This document shows, in pieces, positions 25,866 through 39,837 of a stretch of DNA of 64,000 nucleotides. Within the stretch, counting starts at the first letter, position 1. Each line of letters opens with the position of its first letter. The translations under genes and the position numbers were made by a program. The notes under the pieces are model-generated. The model was not told the origin of the DNA and searched no databases. It saw only the letters and a program-made list of their open reading frames with translations. The stretch comes from Octopus sinensis (lineage: Eukaryota), in the NCBI RefSeq assembly GCF_006345805.1, contig NC_043005.1, forward strand, positions 44,268,001 through 44,332,000, in the 5' to 3' direction.

Positions 25866-27689
25866 CTATTCACACACACACACACACACACACAAACACA
25901 TACATATACATGCACACATGTACATATATTTGGATCCAAAATCTTCTTTTATAAAAATGAGATTTAGTGTTTTGAAATAAATCTTGAAATAAAATTGCAT
26001 AATAACATACATACAAATAAATATACATATACACATATAAATACATATATGTGTGTGCACACATATTAGTGTGTTTCTATGGTGTCTTTGCACTGACACT
26101 CAGTTAGTATTGGCTATTTTATGTTCTCCACAAACAAAACAACTGGTAGAGGCTCAAAAAGGTGAAGATGAGGGCTAAAAGTGTCTTGAAAAAAAAAAGA
26201 CCAGTAATGATTTGGTGTCAAGAATAACATCTTTCTATGGCATACTGCCCAAAGAATTTGTCTTCAAGCATGAAAAGGTGGATGTAAAAATAATCAGGAT
26301 GAAGAGGTTGATGGTTTGTGTATGGTTGCAGTCAACCCAGTGACTGATTACAAATTGCTGGCAATTATATTTTTACTTCTAACAATGTCATCATATTGCA
26401 TTCCTTACAAACTACAAGTTGTTACACAATGCTGAAACCAGTTATGTTAGAGCTACTGAAAATATCTGGACATGAAAAGCAACACCCAAGATGTTTAATG
26501 GGTAATTTAATCTATGAATCATGCATCTATATAGTATTGTCCTGCAATTTGGCTCATGTTATATACACAAGGAACAAGGTTTCATTTTCACCCTTACATT
26601 CTGATTACTCCTATTACTTCACTCTGCCTTCTTTTCTCTATCTCTCTCTCTCTCTCTCTCTCTCACCCCTCTCATTCCCTTTCTCTTTTCCCTTGTTTTC
26701 TGTTATTCTTTGATTTATACTGATACTGACCTTACCACGAGCCTACCCACTCTAGTAGCTGTTCTTGCCTAAAACCTTTATAACTGTCTGCATCACATCA
26801 AGAGAGCCTTCCACCAGTCATATAAATAACTCATTAAAAATATATCTTAATTACACTGATGGTTAATGACCATTAATGGCTTCATAAGACCCATAATTAG
26901 ATTCATAAGAAAATGAATGCATTTTGTGCTTCTTTGTAGTCATATATTACAAAGACTAGAGACAAGGCTTAAGGGAATAAAATTTTGTTCTGGCTGGAAG
27001 CTTTACTGATTGTCATGAAACTAATATTACAATTACTAATTTCATAATCCATTTTTATATTTATTCGGTTTCCTTTTAGATTAAAAGAAGTCTCTGTAAT
27101 TAAAATCACCTTAACACTAATATGAAATCTGACATATATTCTTATATGATAAATGATTATAACAGAATTATAGAATTTTATAGTTCCTCAATACAGTTTA
27201 TATTGTTGTATCTGCTACGTTGGTTCTAGTACAGCAAGCCATAGTTTTGCTGAACAAGTATATTATGTTTGAAAATACTTATTATCATTTCAAACACATT
27301 AGTGATCACAAAGAAGCAACAAGACCACAGCAGAGATCTTAATGGTTAGTGGAAGTACGTGAAAAATAAATATTCAATCCATATTTTAGAAGTTTAAACT
27401 TTCACAGAAGATCAAGAACATTTTCCAGGATGTAGATAAAAACAAGACCTGAGTGCATTGTTTAGTCTGAGATCAGTCCTGACTGAAAAGATCTATGATC
27501 AAAGAAAGGCATTCCAGCTGTGAATCATCCAGTCTATTTGTTTATCTTGCACTGTATTATTCAATGTCTCTTCCTTTTTGAAGAGGTAATGGAGTAATAC
27601 GAGTGAGAATTTTCTGCTATTTCCTGCAGGTTGAACACTCATGTAGAACTTACCTTGTTGGTTCATCAATATATGCAGTTATGATATGT

Positions 27690-27734
27690 GCATATATATA
27701 TGTATATATAAATAGATAGATATGTATGTATGTA

Positions 27735-27772
<38 letters not shown>

Positions 27773-28054
27773 GTATATATATATATGTATGTAGTATATA
27801 TGTATATATATGTATGTAGTATATATGTATATATATATATATATATATGTATGTATATATGTATATATATGTATTATATATATGTATATATATATATATT
27901 ATGTATGTATGTATGTTATATATATATATATATATATTATGTATGTATGTATATATGTATATATATATATTATATATGTATGTATGTATGGTATATAGAT
28001 ATATATATATATGTATTATATATATATATGTATGTATATATATATATATGTATA

Positions 28055-28085
<31 letters not shown>

Positions 28086-28163
28086 ATATATATATATGTA
28101 TAATATATATATATGTATGTATATAGTATATATATATGTATGTATGTATTATATATATATGTA

Positions 28164-28212
<49 letters not shown>

Positions 28213-28217
28213 ATATG

Positions 28218-28251
<34 letters not shown>

Positions 28252-28429
28252 TTATATGTATATATATTATATATATATATATGTATATATTATATATATG
28301 TATATATATGTAATATATATATATATAGTATGTATGTATGTATGTATATTATATATATATGTATATATATTATATATATATAGTATGTATGTATGTATGT
28401 ATATATGTATATATAAATAGATAGATATG

Positions 28430-28460
<31 letters not shown>

Positions 28461-28491
28461 GTATATATATATATAAGTATGTATGTATGTA

Positions 28492-28531
<40 letters not shown>

Positions 28532-28560
28532 TTATATATATATATACACACACACACATA
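27690..28560. repeat. About 870-bp degenerate (TA)n/(TATG)n array
   Basis: Direct reading. Confidence 0.95.
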
Positions 28561-28954
28561 TGAGAAAAGGAGAATGTTGGATGTGACCAGCATTTTTAAA
28601 ACTTATATGAAAGAGAAAGAAATATTGCTCAACAAAATATATTTAATATCATTGGTAATATTTTAGTTCAATATAAAGTTAATACAATATATACATGATA
28701 CCTTTATTTAATATATATTCAATACCTAGGTTCAATATATACTTGATACATTGATTCAACATATAATTCATACCTTCATACAGAATATAAATTATATCTT
28801 AGCTTGATTTATAATTGATACTATGACTCAATATATTTTTCGTACCTTGACACCAATCATAATCATTAGTTACATGATAGTACAATAGTACAATAGAATA
28901 AGTGAAATTTTTATATTATTTTTCTTTACTCAAGTATTTATCTAGACAATAACA

Positions 28955-29250
28955 CATGGCTAGAGCATCAGGCCCACAATCATGAAGTAGTGAGTTTGGT
29001 TCCCAGACCAGGCTGTGTATTGTGTTCTTGAGCAAGACACTTCATTTCACATTGCTGCAGCTTACTCAGCAGTAGAAATGAGTTGCAGCATCACTGGTGC
29101 CAATCTGTATCAGCCTTTGCCTTTCCCTTGGATCAGATTGGTGGCATGGAGAGGGAAGGTTTGTATGCATGGGCGACTGCTGGCCTTCCATAAAACAACC
29201 TTGCCCAGACTAGTTGCTCAGAGGGTAACTTTACTGATCCCTATATAACT
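28955..29250 (+). mobile_element. SINE family D
   Basis: tRNA-like head, tgtgttcttgagcaagacacttcatttcac, tail gactgctggccttccataaaacaaccttgccc. Confidence 0.75.
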
Positions 29251-29264
29251 AAACGATACCTTCA

Positions 29265-29640
29265 TCATCATCATTATTCAATGCCCATCTTCCATGCTGG
29301 CATGGGTTGAACAATATGACAGATGCAACAAAGTAAGAGGACTACATCAAGCTCCAATGTCTCCTTTGGTATGGTCTCTACATCTGAATGGCCTTCCTAA
29401 TGCTAACCACTTCACAGAGTGTACTGGATTGATTTTGGTTGGTGACAGCAGCAGCAGCAGTGAGGTCAGAAAGTAATGTGTAAGACAAAGGAAAAGAAGA
29501 AGATTCCTCAATTGAATGAGATCGTAATTGAGGAAAAGTTGGCTTTATGCCAGGTGTTGAGAAGTTAGGTTATGACAGAAGAAGAGGCACAGATGTCTTG
29601 CTAAGAAAGAGATACGTGACAACCTAATATTATCTAGGAG
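29265..29640 (-). mobile_element. Family-B element
   Basis: catcatcatcattattcaatgcccatcttccatgctggcatgggttg ... gccttcctaatgctaacc. Confidence 0.7.
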
Positions 29641-30149
29641 TGGTTGGAATTAGCCAGAAATAAGATAAAGGTGTCAGAGTGTACTCTCAAGGAACAAGAA
29701 GGTGAGTATAAAATAAAATACAGACTGGGGATGAAGAGAGTGGGTGGATAAGTTCAAAGGAGAGTGAGGGAAGAGTAACAGGTGGCTGGAGAAGAGGAAA
29801 AAAGTAAAATAACAGGGGAGAAAGGTTCAACAAAATCAACCTCGCACTCCACCAACATTGCTATGCAGTCAATGCCATCAACTCTTCTATGCAAGAATTG
29901 GTCTACTGAACCATCAACAGTATCACCACAAAGGAAATATTCAGTAAAGAAAATAAATTCTGGGATACGAGATAAAGCCACCACCACCACCAACAAGAGG
30001 TTAAAGTAAGGAATGACATACAACAATGGAGGTGTGGTAAATAGTAGTATGGAGAAGAAGGTACAGACATAACTCAAGCAAGAGGAGGTAATAAATGGAA
30101 GCAGAAGAAGGGTGGAGAGCAGTAGTATAATAAATCTGCAGGTAGATCA

Positions 30150-30510
30150 AGTATGTTCCAATCTCAGTTCCTCTTGCACAGTTGGCCAGTACATTGGGTA
30201 GCAAGAGGCTTGTAGTAATCTTGGTTTAGAGCATGGTTACCCACATCTTCATAAGTAATGCTAAATTGTTTCAGATCTTTGAAAATAGTGTGCCATGTCT
30301 TCATTGACCTCCCTCTCTTTCTTCATCCCTCTTGTGGTACCCATTGTATAGAAGAATGGGTATTCATTCTTCTATCAGTAAGAATAAATGACCTACAAGT
30401 CTTCTCACTCTTCTTTCTACCACAGACTTCCGCAGGTTGAACAGATTGACTCTTCTCAGAATACTCAAGATCACTCATAGACACAAAATCACAAAATCAA
30501 ATATGTATCC
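30150..30510 (-). mobile_element. RTE LINE 3' fragment (second RTE family)
   Basis: Minus frame QWVPQEG*RKRGRSMKTWHTIFKDLKQFSITYEDV..ALNQ matches the RTE C-terminal W.P..GKR.RGRP+KTW motif. Confidence 0.6.
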
Positions 30511-31632
30511 ATTCCCTTATAAATCCGAGGTCTTAGACCAAAATGTCAAAATCATTATAGCGCTCACAGTAATCATTATACTAAAGAAGGAAATGGAGAC
30601 AGCTTATATGTCAGAACACTGATCTGAGTTCTAATCTACAACCAGCTTTCAGTTTTACATTTCATCCTTCAAAGGTTGACAGGATATTGAACCAATACCA
30701 ATAACAAACATCAATTGGTTTAATTACCCAAAACAGAGATCAACACAAATCAATTATACACCTTTCCCTAAAACAAAATTGGCCTTGTGCCTAATTAAGA
30801 AACTTATTATAACTTCCATACTTACTTAAAAGTAAAATCATGTCTTGTTAACCAACTCTTTGCAATTAAAAAACTTCAATAAATTTTATCCAGCTTCCTT
30901 AATATATTAAGCAATGTTGTTTGCATTTCTTTTCCTTCTTTCTTGAATAAATTAGCAATTTTAAGCACAATGTCAGTTCTGTAATTTCCTGCAGTATTTG
31001 TCTCCAGTATATCAATTTTCTTATTTTTGTTTATTTATATATTTTTATTTTTTCGGCGTTTTCCATGTTAATAATTTAGACTGAAATTTTTTGCTTTGGT
31101 GTATGATTATTTCAGCACATAAATATTTCATTTGGGGATTAACTCATTCTCACAGAAAGAATTGTGTTTACAAAAAACAGAGGGTTACCTGTGTTTTTAT
31201 ATTAATCAATCAATTTCATATTGTATAATATTCAAGACGAAAATATTTTATGGAAAAACAAATTTGATTTTTATAAGCTTCTTCATACATCTAATTTAGC
31301 TGAAATTTTGTTTGCAACAGCTTTAACTAGCTAACTTGGACACTCAAGTAAACTTACCAAAAAAAAAAAAAACAAGCAAAAAAAAACAACTTACAAATAT
31401 AAAATAATTACATGTAGATGCCAAGGAAAATAATTATATGTAGATACAATGAAAAAGAATGACAAAAATCTAAATAAATTAAGTAGATAAAAAGAGAGAG
31501 AGGGATGGAGGGAGAAAATGTACTGCAACAAAACAGTAAAAGCTTCTTCAAAATAACTTTATATGAAATAAATTCCAATCAGGGTATACAATATTAATTT
31601 ATTCTCCACTCCTATAATTTCTTCTTAAACTG

Positions 31633-31710
31633 AATGTATGTATGTATGTATGTATGTATGTATGTATGTATGTATGTATGTATGTATGTATGTATGTATG
31701 TATACATGTA
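31633..31710. repeat. (TATG)n microsatellite
   Basis: Direct reading. Confidence 0.95.
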
Positions 31711-32299
31711 TGTATGTATGCATGTGTATATGTATGTTTGTGTGTATGTATGTATACATGCATGTATGCATGTATATATATAATGTTTGTGTATGTAATG
31801 TGCGTTTGAGTGCATATGTATGTATTCTTTTCTTTTCTTAGAGTGAAAGTGCAGACATAAATGTGTATGGGTTACTTGTATAGTATTTCTCATATTTACA
31901 TTTTTATGATAGTCTTCCTGCCTTGAAGAATTCACACACACACACACACACACACAAATACATACATATCATACTTTTAAAGTTCATTTTCGATACTTGC
32001 ATGAGTTAGAAAGATTGTAACAGTTCTGATTGAGGTTTTATTCAGTATTATTGTCCCCTATATTGGGTCAGTGGGTCACATCTTGACTGAAGTTTAGTAT
32101 GGTTTTTATGACCAAATTCCCTCCTTTTCAGCAACAGTGGGTACTGGATGCATTTTATCATTTACCAGAGAGGATGCCATGATCTTAACAAAACAAGGCC
32201 AAGGGTTTTCTCAAACTGTTGAGAACAAGGCAATGACATCATACCGAAACCAGAAATTCATGCATTATAGCTTGGTACCATTCAGTATTTCCTCAGTAA

Positions 32300-32680
32300 T
32301 TGCTCTTTTCTTCTAAGAACAATGGGGGCAATTGGTACCTTTGGGGTAATTATTAGATGTAAGACACCAAGAATATTCCAGATAATTATCATATTCCACT
32401 CATTTGTGAATGTGGCCAACATTTGTCTCTAAGCCTGATTTAGTGTGAGCATACAATCAAATACCAGTTAAACCATGAGATAAACTATACCCTTTGGACA
32501 ATCTGAGGTTTTGAGAATTCCATTTGATCTACAGAATTCAGAAAATCCACTCCAGAGATTCAGTGGTTAAAGTTATTCATGGTTTGGATATTGTTTTTGC
32601 TTATATTGACAACTTATTAATTGCCAGCTCTTCAAATTTACAGTACAAAGAATATTTTCATCATAGTCTTCTTCATAGTA
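32300..32680 (+). mobile_element. Decayed Ty3/Gypsy reverse-transcriptase fragment
   Basis: Joined frames give W..WGNY...IPDNYHIP, SKPDLV*AYNQIPV, PFG..E.LRIPF.L.N...QRF and KVIHGLDIVFAYIDNLLIASS (YIDD motif mutated to YIDN). Confidence 0.8.
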
Positions 32681-32895
32681 AGCACACCAATTTTAGTGAA
32701 ATTGTCATTATATTAAGTGAGAAGATTTGATACAAAAATATGAGGGGAGCTAGAAATAATGGCCATGTCCTATATTGGTAGACTCATGAGAAGATTGTTC
32801 TTCCATTTTACTAACATAATGTTTCTGAAGTGGAATTTGGTAGATGCAAACTGTGTTGAGAACCTACAGTACATGAATATATATATATATATTAT

Positions 32896-32928
<33 letters not shown>

Positions 32929-32931
<3 letters not shown>

Positions 32932-33057
32932 ATTAAGCCATGACCATTCAATACTAATGATCATCTTCTAATTGTTATATGTTACTCCATTTCTTCTCTT
33001 ATCTTAACCTAAATATATACATCCATATATATACATATATATAAATATATACACACG

Positions 33058-33121
<64 letters not shown>

Positions 33122-33248
33122 CGTGTATATATTTATATATATGTATATATATGGATGTATATATTTAGGTTAAGATAAGAGAAGAAATGGAGTAACATAT
33201 AACAATTAGAAGATGATCATTAGTATTGAATGGTCATGGTTTAATTAT
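32929..33248. repeat. 320-bp near-perfect palindrome with no spacer
   Basis: Left arm 32929-33088 is the reverse complement of 33089-33248. The only differences are one G/T mismatch (32937/33240) and a one-unit shift of a G within the (CA)n tract. The centre is (AT)14. Confidence 0.95.
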
Positions 33249-33524
33249 GATTAAGATAACATTTATAGCTGTTTCAGTTTGTTATTTTTGAGGGAAACTT
33301 TCATTTATCTCATTCCATGTAACAGACATAATCAGAATGATATGAACTTTACCAGAGGAATATTGACAGGAGATAGAAGGTTGATAGGAGAAAAAAGGAA
33401 AAAAGAAAAGGCAAAGAAAAATGGAAACAGGAAAAGGTTTGTTAGGTCTTTAGGCATACATTTTGTGTCCTTAAAAGATGGCACGTGTGTGTACAGTTGC
33501 TTCAAGTAGATCAATTGAGCAGTG

Positions 33525-33558
<34 letters not shown>

Positions 33559-34039
33559 CTTTACAAACTTTGTGCCTTATGGAAATAATAAAAGCATGAA
33601 TATATACTAATAACAATAAGCAATCTTGCATAAACTGAGTTGAATAAAGGCAAAAATGCTTGAAAGGTTTTAGTCATTGCTTCGTATTTTTACCACATTT
33701 GAACAAATACAGGCTCTTACTGTGCTTAATCCTTGGGGAAATTTTGTTGAATTTAAACCTGAGAATACTCGTTTGGCATTCCTGAGTCATTTGCTACCAA
33801 GAAAATCCACAAGGACAAATTGATTTTGGCAGTAATGCCAGAAGTGATTACAATTATGCCAGAAGTACGGTTCATTAGTCAATTTTCTGTTGAAAAATAG
33901 ATCTTTGTGCAAAGAAATGGTATCACACTACTTCAAAGATATCGTTTAATCATAGAATACTGAAGACATTCACACTGGCAGTTTAGTAGTGGCACAAAGG
34001 CCATTATTGATGGAAAATGTGCCAATAATTGTTCCAAAA

Positions 34040-34235
34040 ATGCATGAATTTTGGTCATTTTCCATTGACAAATAGGGTTTTGTGCATCACAAATGTGCTC
34101 ATAACACCCCTTGTACATTGCTGTATTTTTTGACTCTGCAAACATTAAAATTGCCAATGTAGATTAGAAGCAAATTCGAATATTGCTCAAAAATGACCTC
34201 AAAATTGTGCAACCTGACCTCGTTTTCAAGGTTAT
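34040..34235 (+). repeat. Unclassified interspersed repeat (copy 1; copy 2 at 36140-36295)
   Basis: ttttggtcattttccatt.acaaatagggttttgtgcatcacaaatgt.ctcataacac...aatattgc.caaaaat present twice in direct orientation about 2.1 kb apart. Confidence 0.8.
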
Positions 34236-34314
34236 TTTCATAGTAAAAAAGATTTGTTGTGCAAAAAACATACTTCATTTGGTAGCCAAAAGACTACTGA
34301 ATCTTTTAATACCT

Positions 34315-34525
34315 CATCATTATTATCATTGTTTAACGTTTGCTTTGCATGCTGGCATGGGTTAGATGGTTTGACTGAGGACTGGCAGGCTGGGAAGCTG
34401 CACCAGGCTCCAGTCTGATTTGGTAAGGTTTCTACAGCTTGATGCCTTTCCTAACACCAACCTCTCCAAGAGTGGAGCCAAGTCAGGCAGCACTGGCATC
34501 GACCACACTCAAATGGTGCCTTTTA
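34315..34525 (-). mobile_element. Family-B element
   Basis: catcattattatcattgtttaacgtttgctttgcatgctggcatgggttag...tctacagcttgatgcctttcctaacacc. Confidence 0.8.
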
Positions 34526-34633
34526 TGTAAGTAACTCGGGTTTGGAATCCATAAGGAACATATGCACCACACACAGACACACAAACCCTGTTTCATATGT
34601 GTATATATGTGTATAGATATATATTATATATGT

Positions 34634-34675
<42 letters not shown>

Positions 34676-34769
34676 ATATATATATATATAAAGATATATA
34701 TCTTTATATATATATATATAAAGATAAGTATGTATAAAAGCATAAAGATCCTTCCCAAGTCATATAGAC

Positions 34770-34990
34770 TCATAGGACCAGTTTTCCAGTTTCCATGGCA
34801 CATGTATTTCCCCACTGGATGAGATTCAGATCTGTTACAGGATTACTAATTTTTGCCAATTGAGTAGACTGGATCAATGGGAAATGAAGTGGTTTGCTCA
34901 AGAAAACAACACATCACCTGTTCCAGGAATAGAAACCACAATCTTACAATCATGACTCCAACATCTCAACCACTAAGCCAATGCCTTCGT
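34770..34990 (-). mobile_element. tRNA/CORE-like SINE (same type as 18170-18375)
   Basis: gaaatgaagtggtttgctcaagaaaacaacac..ccaggaatagaaaccacaatcttacaatcatgactcc..aaccactaagcc. Confidence 0.75.
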
Positions 34991-34999
34991 TCACACAGG

Positions 35000-35515
35000 G
35001 TGCAATTGTCCCACGTAGGCTTACTGATGTACTCCTTATCTCCTCAAAGACATACAGCATCTCGAAAGAGTCCAGAAGCTGGCTACCCGCATGGTTCATG
35101 GTCTCAAAAATTTGTCCTATGAAGAAAGGCTGAGGACGCTTGACCTTTATTCTCTAGAAAAACGCCGCCGCCGTGGTGATCTCATTCTCGCCCACAACAT
35201 CATAAGCGGAAAGTGTAACCTCTCGAAAGAGCTGTTCTTCACTCCTGCTCCAGAGCGTCGGCTGTGGGGGTCATTCCGAAAAGCTCTACCTGCGATGATT
35301 TCATCTCAATCGAAGGAGAGGAGCTTTCTCCGTCCGGGTTGCGGATCCGTGGAACAAGCTGCCAGACGAGATGGTGAAGATGCCGACGACCGCTTTGTTC
35401 AAAGCCTCCCTTGACCTCAAGTGGCCTGAACTCTTTACATGAACACCACCCTGTACTTAACTCTATGTCCCCCTACATGGTCTTGCTATTTGCTTTTGAG
35501 CCAAATTAACTAACT
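35000..35515 (+). mobile_element. CR1-clade LINE 3' end (5'-truncated)
   Basis: SPYLLKDIQHLERVQKLATRMVHGLKNLSYEERLRTLDLYSLEKRRRRGDLI is the canonical CR1/L2 RT C-terminus (LE.VQ..AT+....L..L.YEERL..L.L.SLE.RR.RGDL). Frameshifted after RRL; ends in taactaact. Confidence 0.9.
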
Positions 35516-36139
35516 GATGTTTGCATACAAGTTTGAATGACATAGGTGATGAGACAGATAGATCCTTGTGAAATTCTAATCAATGAGCCAATGATTTTTA
35601 TGGTCATATTTGTTAGCCATCTGGTCATTATTGAAAGCTAAATCAATAAATTTAACAATGCCCTTTATCAACAGGTTTTTTATAATTGTTTTTCAATCTG
35701 AGTCAGTGAATGTGAATCTCATATGCACTGAGCTCCATAACAGAACTGACATTTTGTTAAGTCAAAAATTCTTTTAATTTTCTTTCTTAAGACCTACAGG
35801 GAAGTATTCAATGTGTATCTGATGTATATTATCAGAATCTCACCTAGTTTCCTCTGTCTTGATATTTAGCAGCTCTGCATAACTAAAGTAAGGTTTACAA
35901 TATTACCTTTAAGACCCTGAAATTTATTGTTGCTGCTCCAGTTTACACTTAGTGTGATCATGATAGAGTCTACAAGTGATCAAAGACATTCCTACCATGT
36001 CCTTCTCGTCCTTTTCTTTGGAAATATGTAACAAGGGTCAGGTTATTGAATGTATATTTTCCTTTTTTAAGACAGTAATATGTGATTTGACTGAAATTTT
36101 GCTGCTAATTTTAGGAAGTCAAGCAATCAAGCCAAGTGA

Positions 36140-36295
36140 TCAAAATATTTTGGTCATTTTCCATTCACAAATAGGGTTTTGTGCATCACAAATGTACTCA
36201 TAACACTCCTTGTACGTAGCTGCATTTTTGGCACTGCAAACATTAAAATTACTAACGTAGATTAGAAATAAATCCGAATATTGCCCAAAAATTGG
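36140..36295 (+). repeat. Unclassified interspersed repeat (copy 2 of 34040-34235)
   Basis: Direct homology to copy 1. Confidence 0.8.
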
Positions 36296-37204
36296 ATATG
36301 TGCATTTTTTGTTTTGTTTTAATTCTCCAATTGTAATTATTTTGAAAGAAAAAAAAAAAAAAAATTAAACTTTAGTATATAGGTTAATATGAATTCAATG
36401 ATGTACAAATTTGATATTCATTTATTATATCTATATTGATTATTATTGATTATTACAATCAATTAATCAATAACCATTGCCTAGGGAGGCTGTAAGTGCA
36501 TAGTAATCTCCTCTTTCCATCTTTCCCAGTCATCAGCCAGCCTCATGTTCTCTCCCATCTTCCTCTCTGCCCATTGCATGATGGTTCTCAATCACCTCTT
36601 TTGAAGTTTTCCTATACAAGGGTGGAGTTCATCCAAGCATGACTGTAATTGCTAGAGTTATGATGTCATAGTGTCATGTTACTTGACCAAATTACCATTT
36701 ATTTTATTGGGTAGTGATTATATAAGGAATATGTTGTGTTATGTACAGAATATATTATATGATTAGTGCGACTGAAGTGAAGGTGTTTTGCATAGGATGT
36801 AGGTTGTGCTTAGCAGGGTGGTGTTATGGACCGAGTGTAGAGTTGTGAGCTCAGTTGAGTTTTTTTTAATGTTTTGCTTTTGTTTATCTTTTCCACACCT
36901 TGTACTCCAACTATTTATGTACTGTCTACACTTTTGTACCCATACCATGAGTTCCCTGGATTTAGAATAGACACACTGTATACCTGTGTGTCATAAGAGG
37001 TGATTGAAAGAACTGAAGGCAGGAAGAGCCTCTAGCTGTAAAACTGTGCCTCAGGAAAACTGTCCAACATAGACTAGCCAGGAAAAGCCAATGTAAACTG
37101 TCAGCAATTTCACTTGCATATCTTATATCCAACTCATTTCAATTTTAAAATTTAATGAAATTTCACGTTTTCTAAATCTGCTTCAAGGTGATGTTTCCAT
37201 AACT

Positions 37205-37465
37205 CATTCTTCATGAGTCCTGGCATTCCAATGACCACTGATATCATTTTGGTCAATCATGTTCCACATCCTGTTGATTTTGATCTTAAGGTTTTTGTTT
37301 TTTTGTTTGGTCGGCTTCTGTAACTTTCATAGTGATGTTTCTTTCGAAAAGTGTTGCACTATCTGTAAGTATACACATCCTGTCCCTGTCCTTGATAACA
37401 ATGTCAAGCCTGTTGACTTTTATCTCTCACAGCATGGACGGGCCTATCTTCATCGTTGTCAGTGA
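37205..37465 (-). mobile_element. Decayed RLE-type retrotransposon C-terminal fragment
   Basis: Minus frame KVNRLDIVIKDRDRMCILTD...KNKNLKIKINRMWN matches the (K)ANRPDIV+.D....C.LID...KY+DL.IE+.RMW pattern of RLE domains and the family at 441-665. Confidence 0.65.
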
Positions 37466-39704
37466 ATACAACTGAGATGTGCTGCCACATCTCAGTTGTC
37501 TTCATTTTATAACTCCTGCATTTTGTAAAACCCAACAGCATTTCTTTGCCACAACAGATAATTTAGGAAAGAGCAAAGCAAAAAATTATATAACTCTGCT
37601 TATAAGAAGACAGAAGCAGATTAAATTTTACCTCATATCAAATAGTACAACTAGGACATAGCAGGAAAAATAATCTCAAATGAAAACAGCACTATCTGCT
37701 GTATGTTTAAAATGAAAACACAACCAAAACAGAGGCTGAAATTGTCAGATATACTTCTGACTATATATCTGTGCCCCAGTAGATGGGTTAGAGAAAGCAC
37801 AAGAATCATAATAAGAGAAAAAGAACACGATGTAGACTTATGGCTAACAGTGTCATTTTTTTTTCTTTCTTTTTTTCTTCACAGTAAGGAAGAGTAATAA
37901 ATGCCACCTTCAAGGAAAGTGAGTTGTGGTGCAGGGTGTCAAAATTGACTCCCAAAGGCCAGAGTTGTGCAAAAGCTGTGCCCAGTGAAAGATGCTGAGG
38001 TGAGGAATATGAGGTTGATGATACAAGATGGAAAACATAGTCTTATTGTATTTATTGGAGTAATACATGCATTAATGCTGGAAGAACAAGAAGTTTAAGC
38101 AAAATCAAGGAAAACAAAAGCAATGAAAATCAGCAGTAACAAAATGAATGACAAAGCCTAGAGTTTCCAGAGAATCAACAGCCCAAAACTTCTAGGATAG
38201 TAAAAGAAATATCTTTAGGTCCAGCATCACAAATCAATGAGAAAATGCCTTGTTCCCCCAAAATTAACAACCTTCTATAGCACACTTCCATTGCGTGATG
38301 AGAAAGAAACAATTACAGAAGAAAATATGAAAGGAAGAAAGAGAAAAATATCACAAAAGTAAAGACTCAGCATAGAACAACAAAAACAAGCGAGGAGGGA
38401 CATTTTGTTCCAAATGATAACAAAATCCTTCCTCAAGAAAATAACAAGGAATATGCAGAAGATGAAGTTGAACTAAACTTCACCATTCTTTAAATTTTAA
38501 ACAGTTGATCAACAATATACATCTGTGATGCCCCAGATTTAATAATGCAGGTTGAAAATTATGCAAATATAAACAAGATTACAAGGAAAATTAAGACATG
38601 AACTTTTAAAAATACTTTCCAGGGATTGATTTGATGCCTTTCAATACTAAATATTACAAAAATAAATGCTCAAGGCTGCATTTGGTTGCACTCAAAAATA
38701 CAATTCAAGAAATGGTCAAGTGAGCTCAACTTAACTGGAAAAATCTTTCATCTCACATCTTTAGACCATATCTTGCTTCAGTTTAGTGTTTTACTGTATT
38801 TGTATGGTTTTGTGTACTTACATATATATGTGTGTACATGTGTGCATATATATGTATATGCATGTAGATATGTGTATAGCTTTAGAAGTCTTTAATCCCT
38901 CCCTTCGTAACTGTCAATGTTTTTTTTTGACTTTTGATTTTTTTGGTGGGGTCGGTTACATTCTGTGCTATTGTCTCTCTATTTGTAATCATTAGAGTAA
39001 GCTTCAATCTTTTTTTTTGTATCACTTCAAGCTGTTGTGGCTATAAAAAAAAAGAATCATAATCAAAACATTGAGTTCTACAAAGTTCTGATTTTCAGTT
39101 GTAATAGTAGAGAAATTAATTTCATTTTTTTTCTTTTTTCTTTTTTTTGACAATAACTTTGTACTTATACCATGTACTTGAGACTTGCTAAATTAATGAA
39201 GACTTTTGTTATTATTAATGATTCTTCAATTAGTTTACATTTCCATTGTATATTCAGAAATCATTTTTTGATACCTTCTAGTATTTACTAAGTTCCTCTC
39301 AATTTTGTATTATCTTTCAAGTGTTGAAATATCACTTTATAATGCAGATGCAGAGATAAGGATTTACATACAGTTGTTTAGATAATGTTCAAAGCATTTT
39401 TATGAAATGTGAAAAATTCACGTGAGGAATAAAATACAAAATTAGAATTATGCAGCAGTTTTTCAAACACACAGTAATGGATGGATTATTGCAAGTGCTG
39501 AAGTTTTCAGTACTTCTATTTTATATAGTATAGAACTAACACAAATATACCACACTTGAAAATTATTTGCATATTACAATAGGTTATAATTGTCAATTAT
39601 TATTTATGAAATATTTGAAAGTTAGTTTAAAGTACAAGATACACAGAAATACATGTATTATGTAATATTCGGATATACAGATACACATACATACATACAT
39701 ATAT

Positions 39705-39763
<59 letters not shown>

Positions 39764-39837
39764 CATATTTAAAAAATTCAATATTAAGAATAAGAATTAT
39801 TTTTATATAAGAAATATTTATTTAGGAAATAGATTAA

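Noticed and set aside
37880-38500. Plus-strand exon/ORF (MPPSRK|gtgagt and an E/K/S-rich stretch)
   Set aside because: Frames are broken by stops and a frameshift, and there is no recognisable domain; possibly decayed transposon ORF1.
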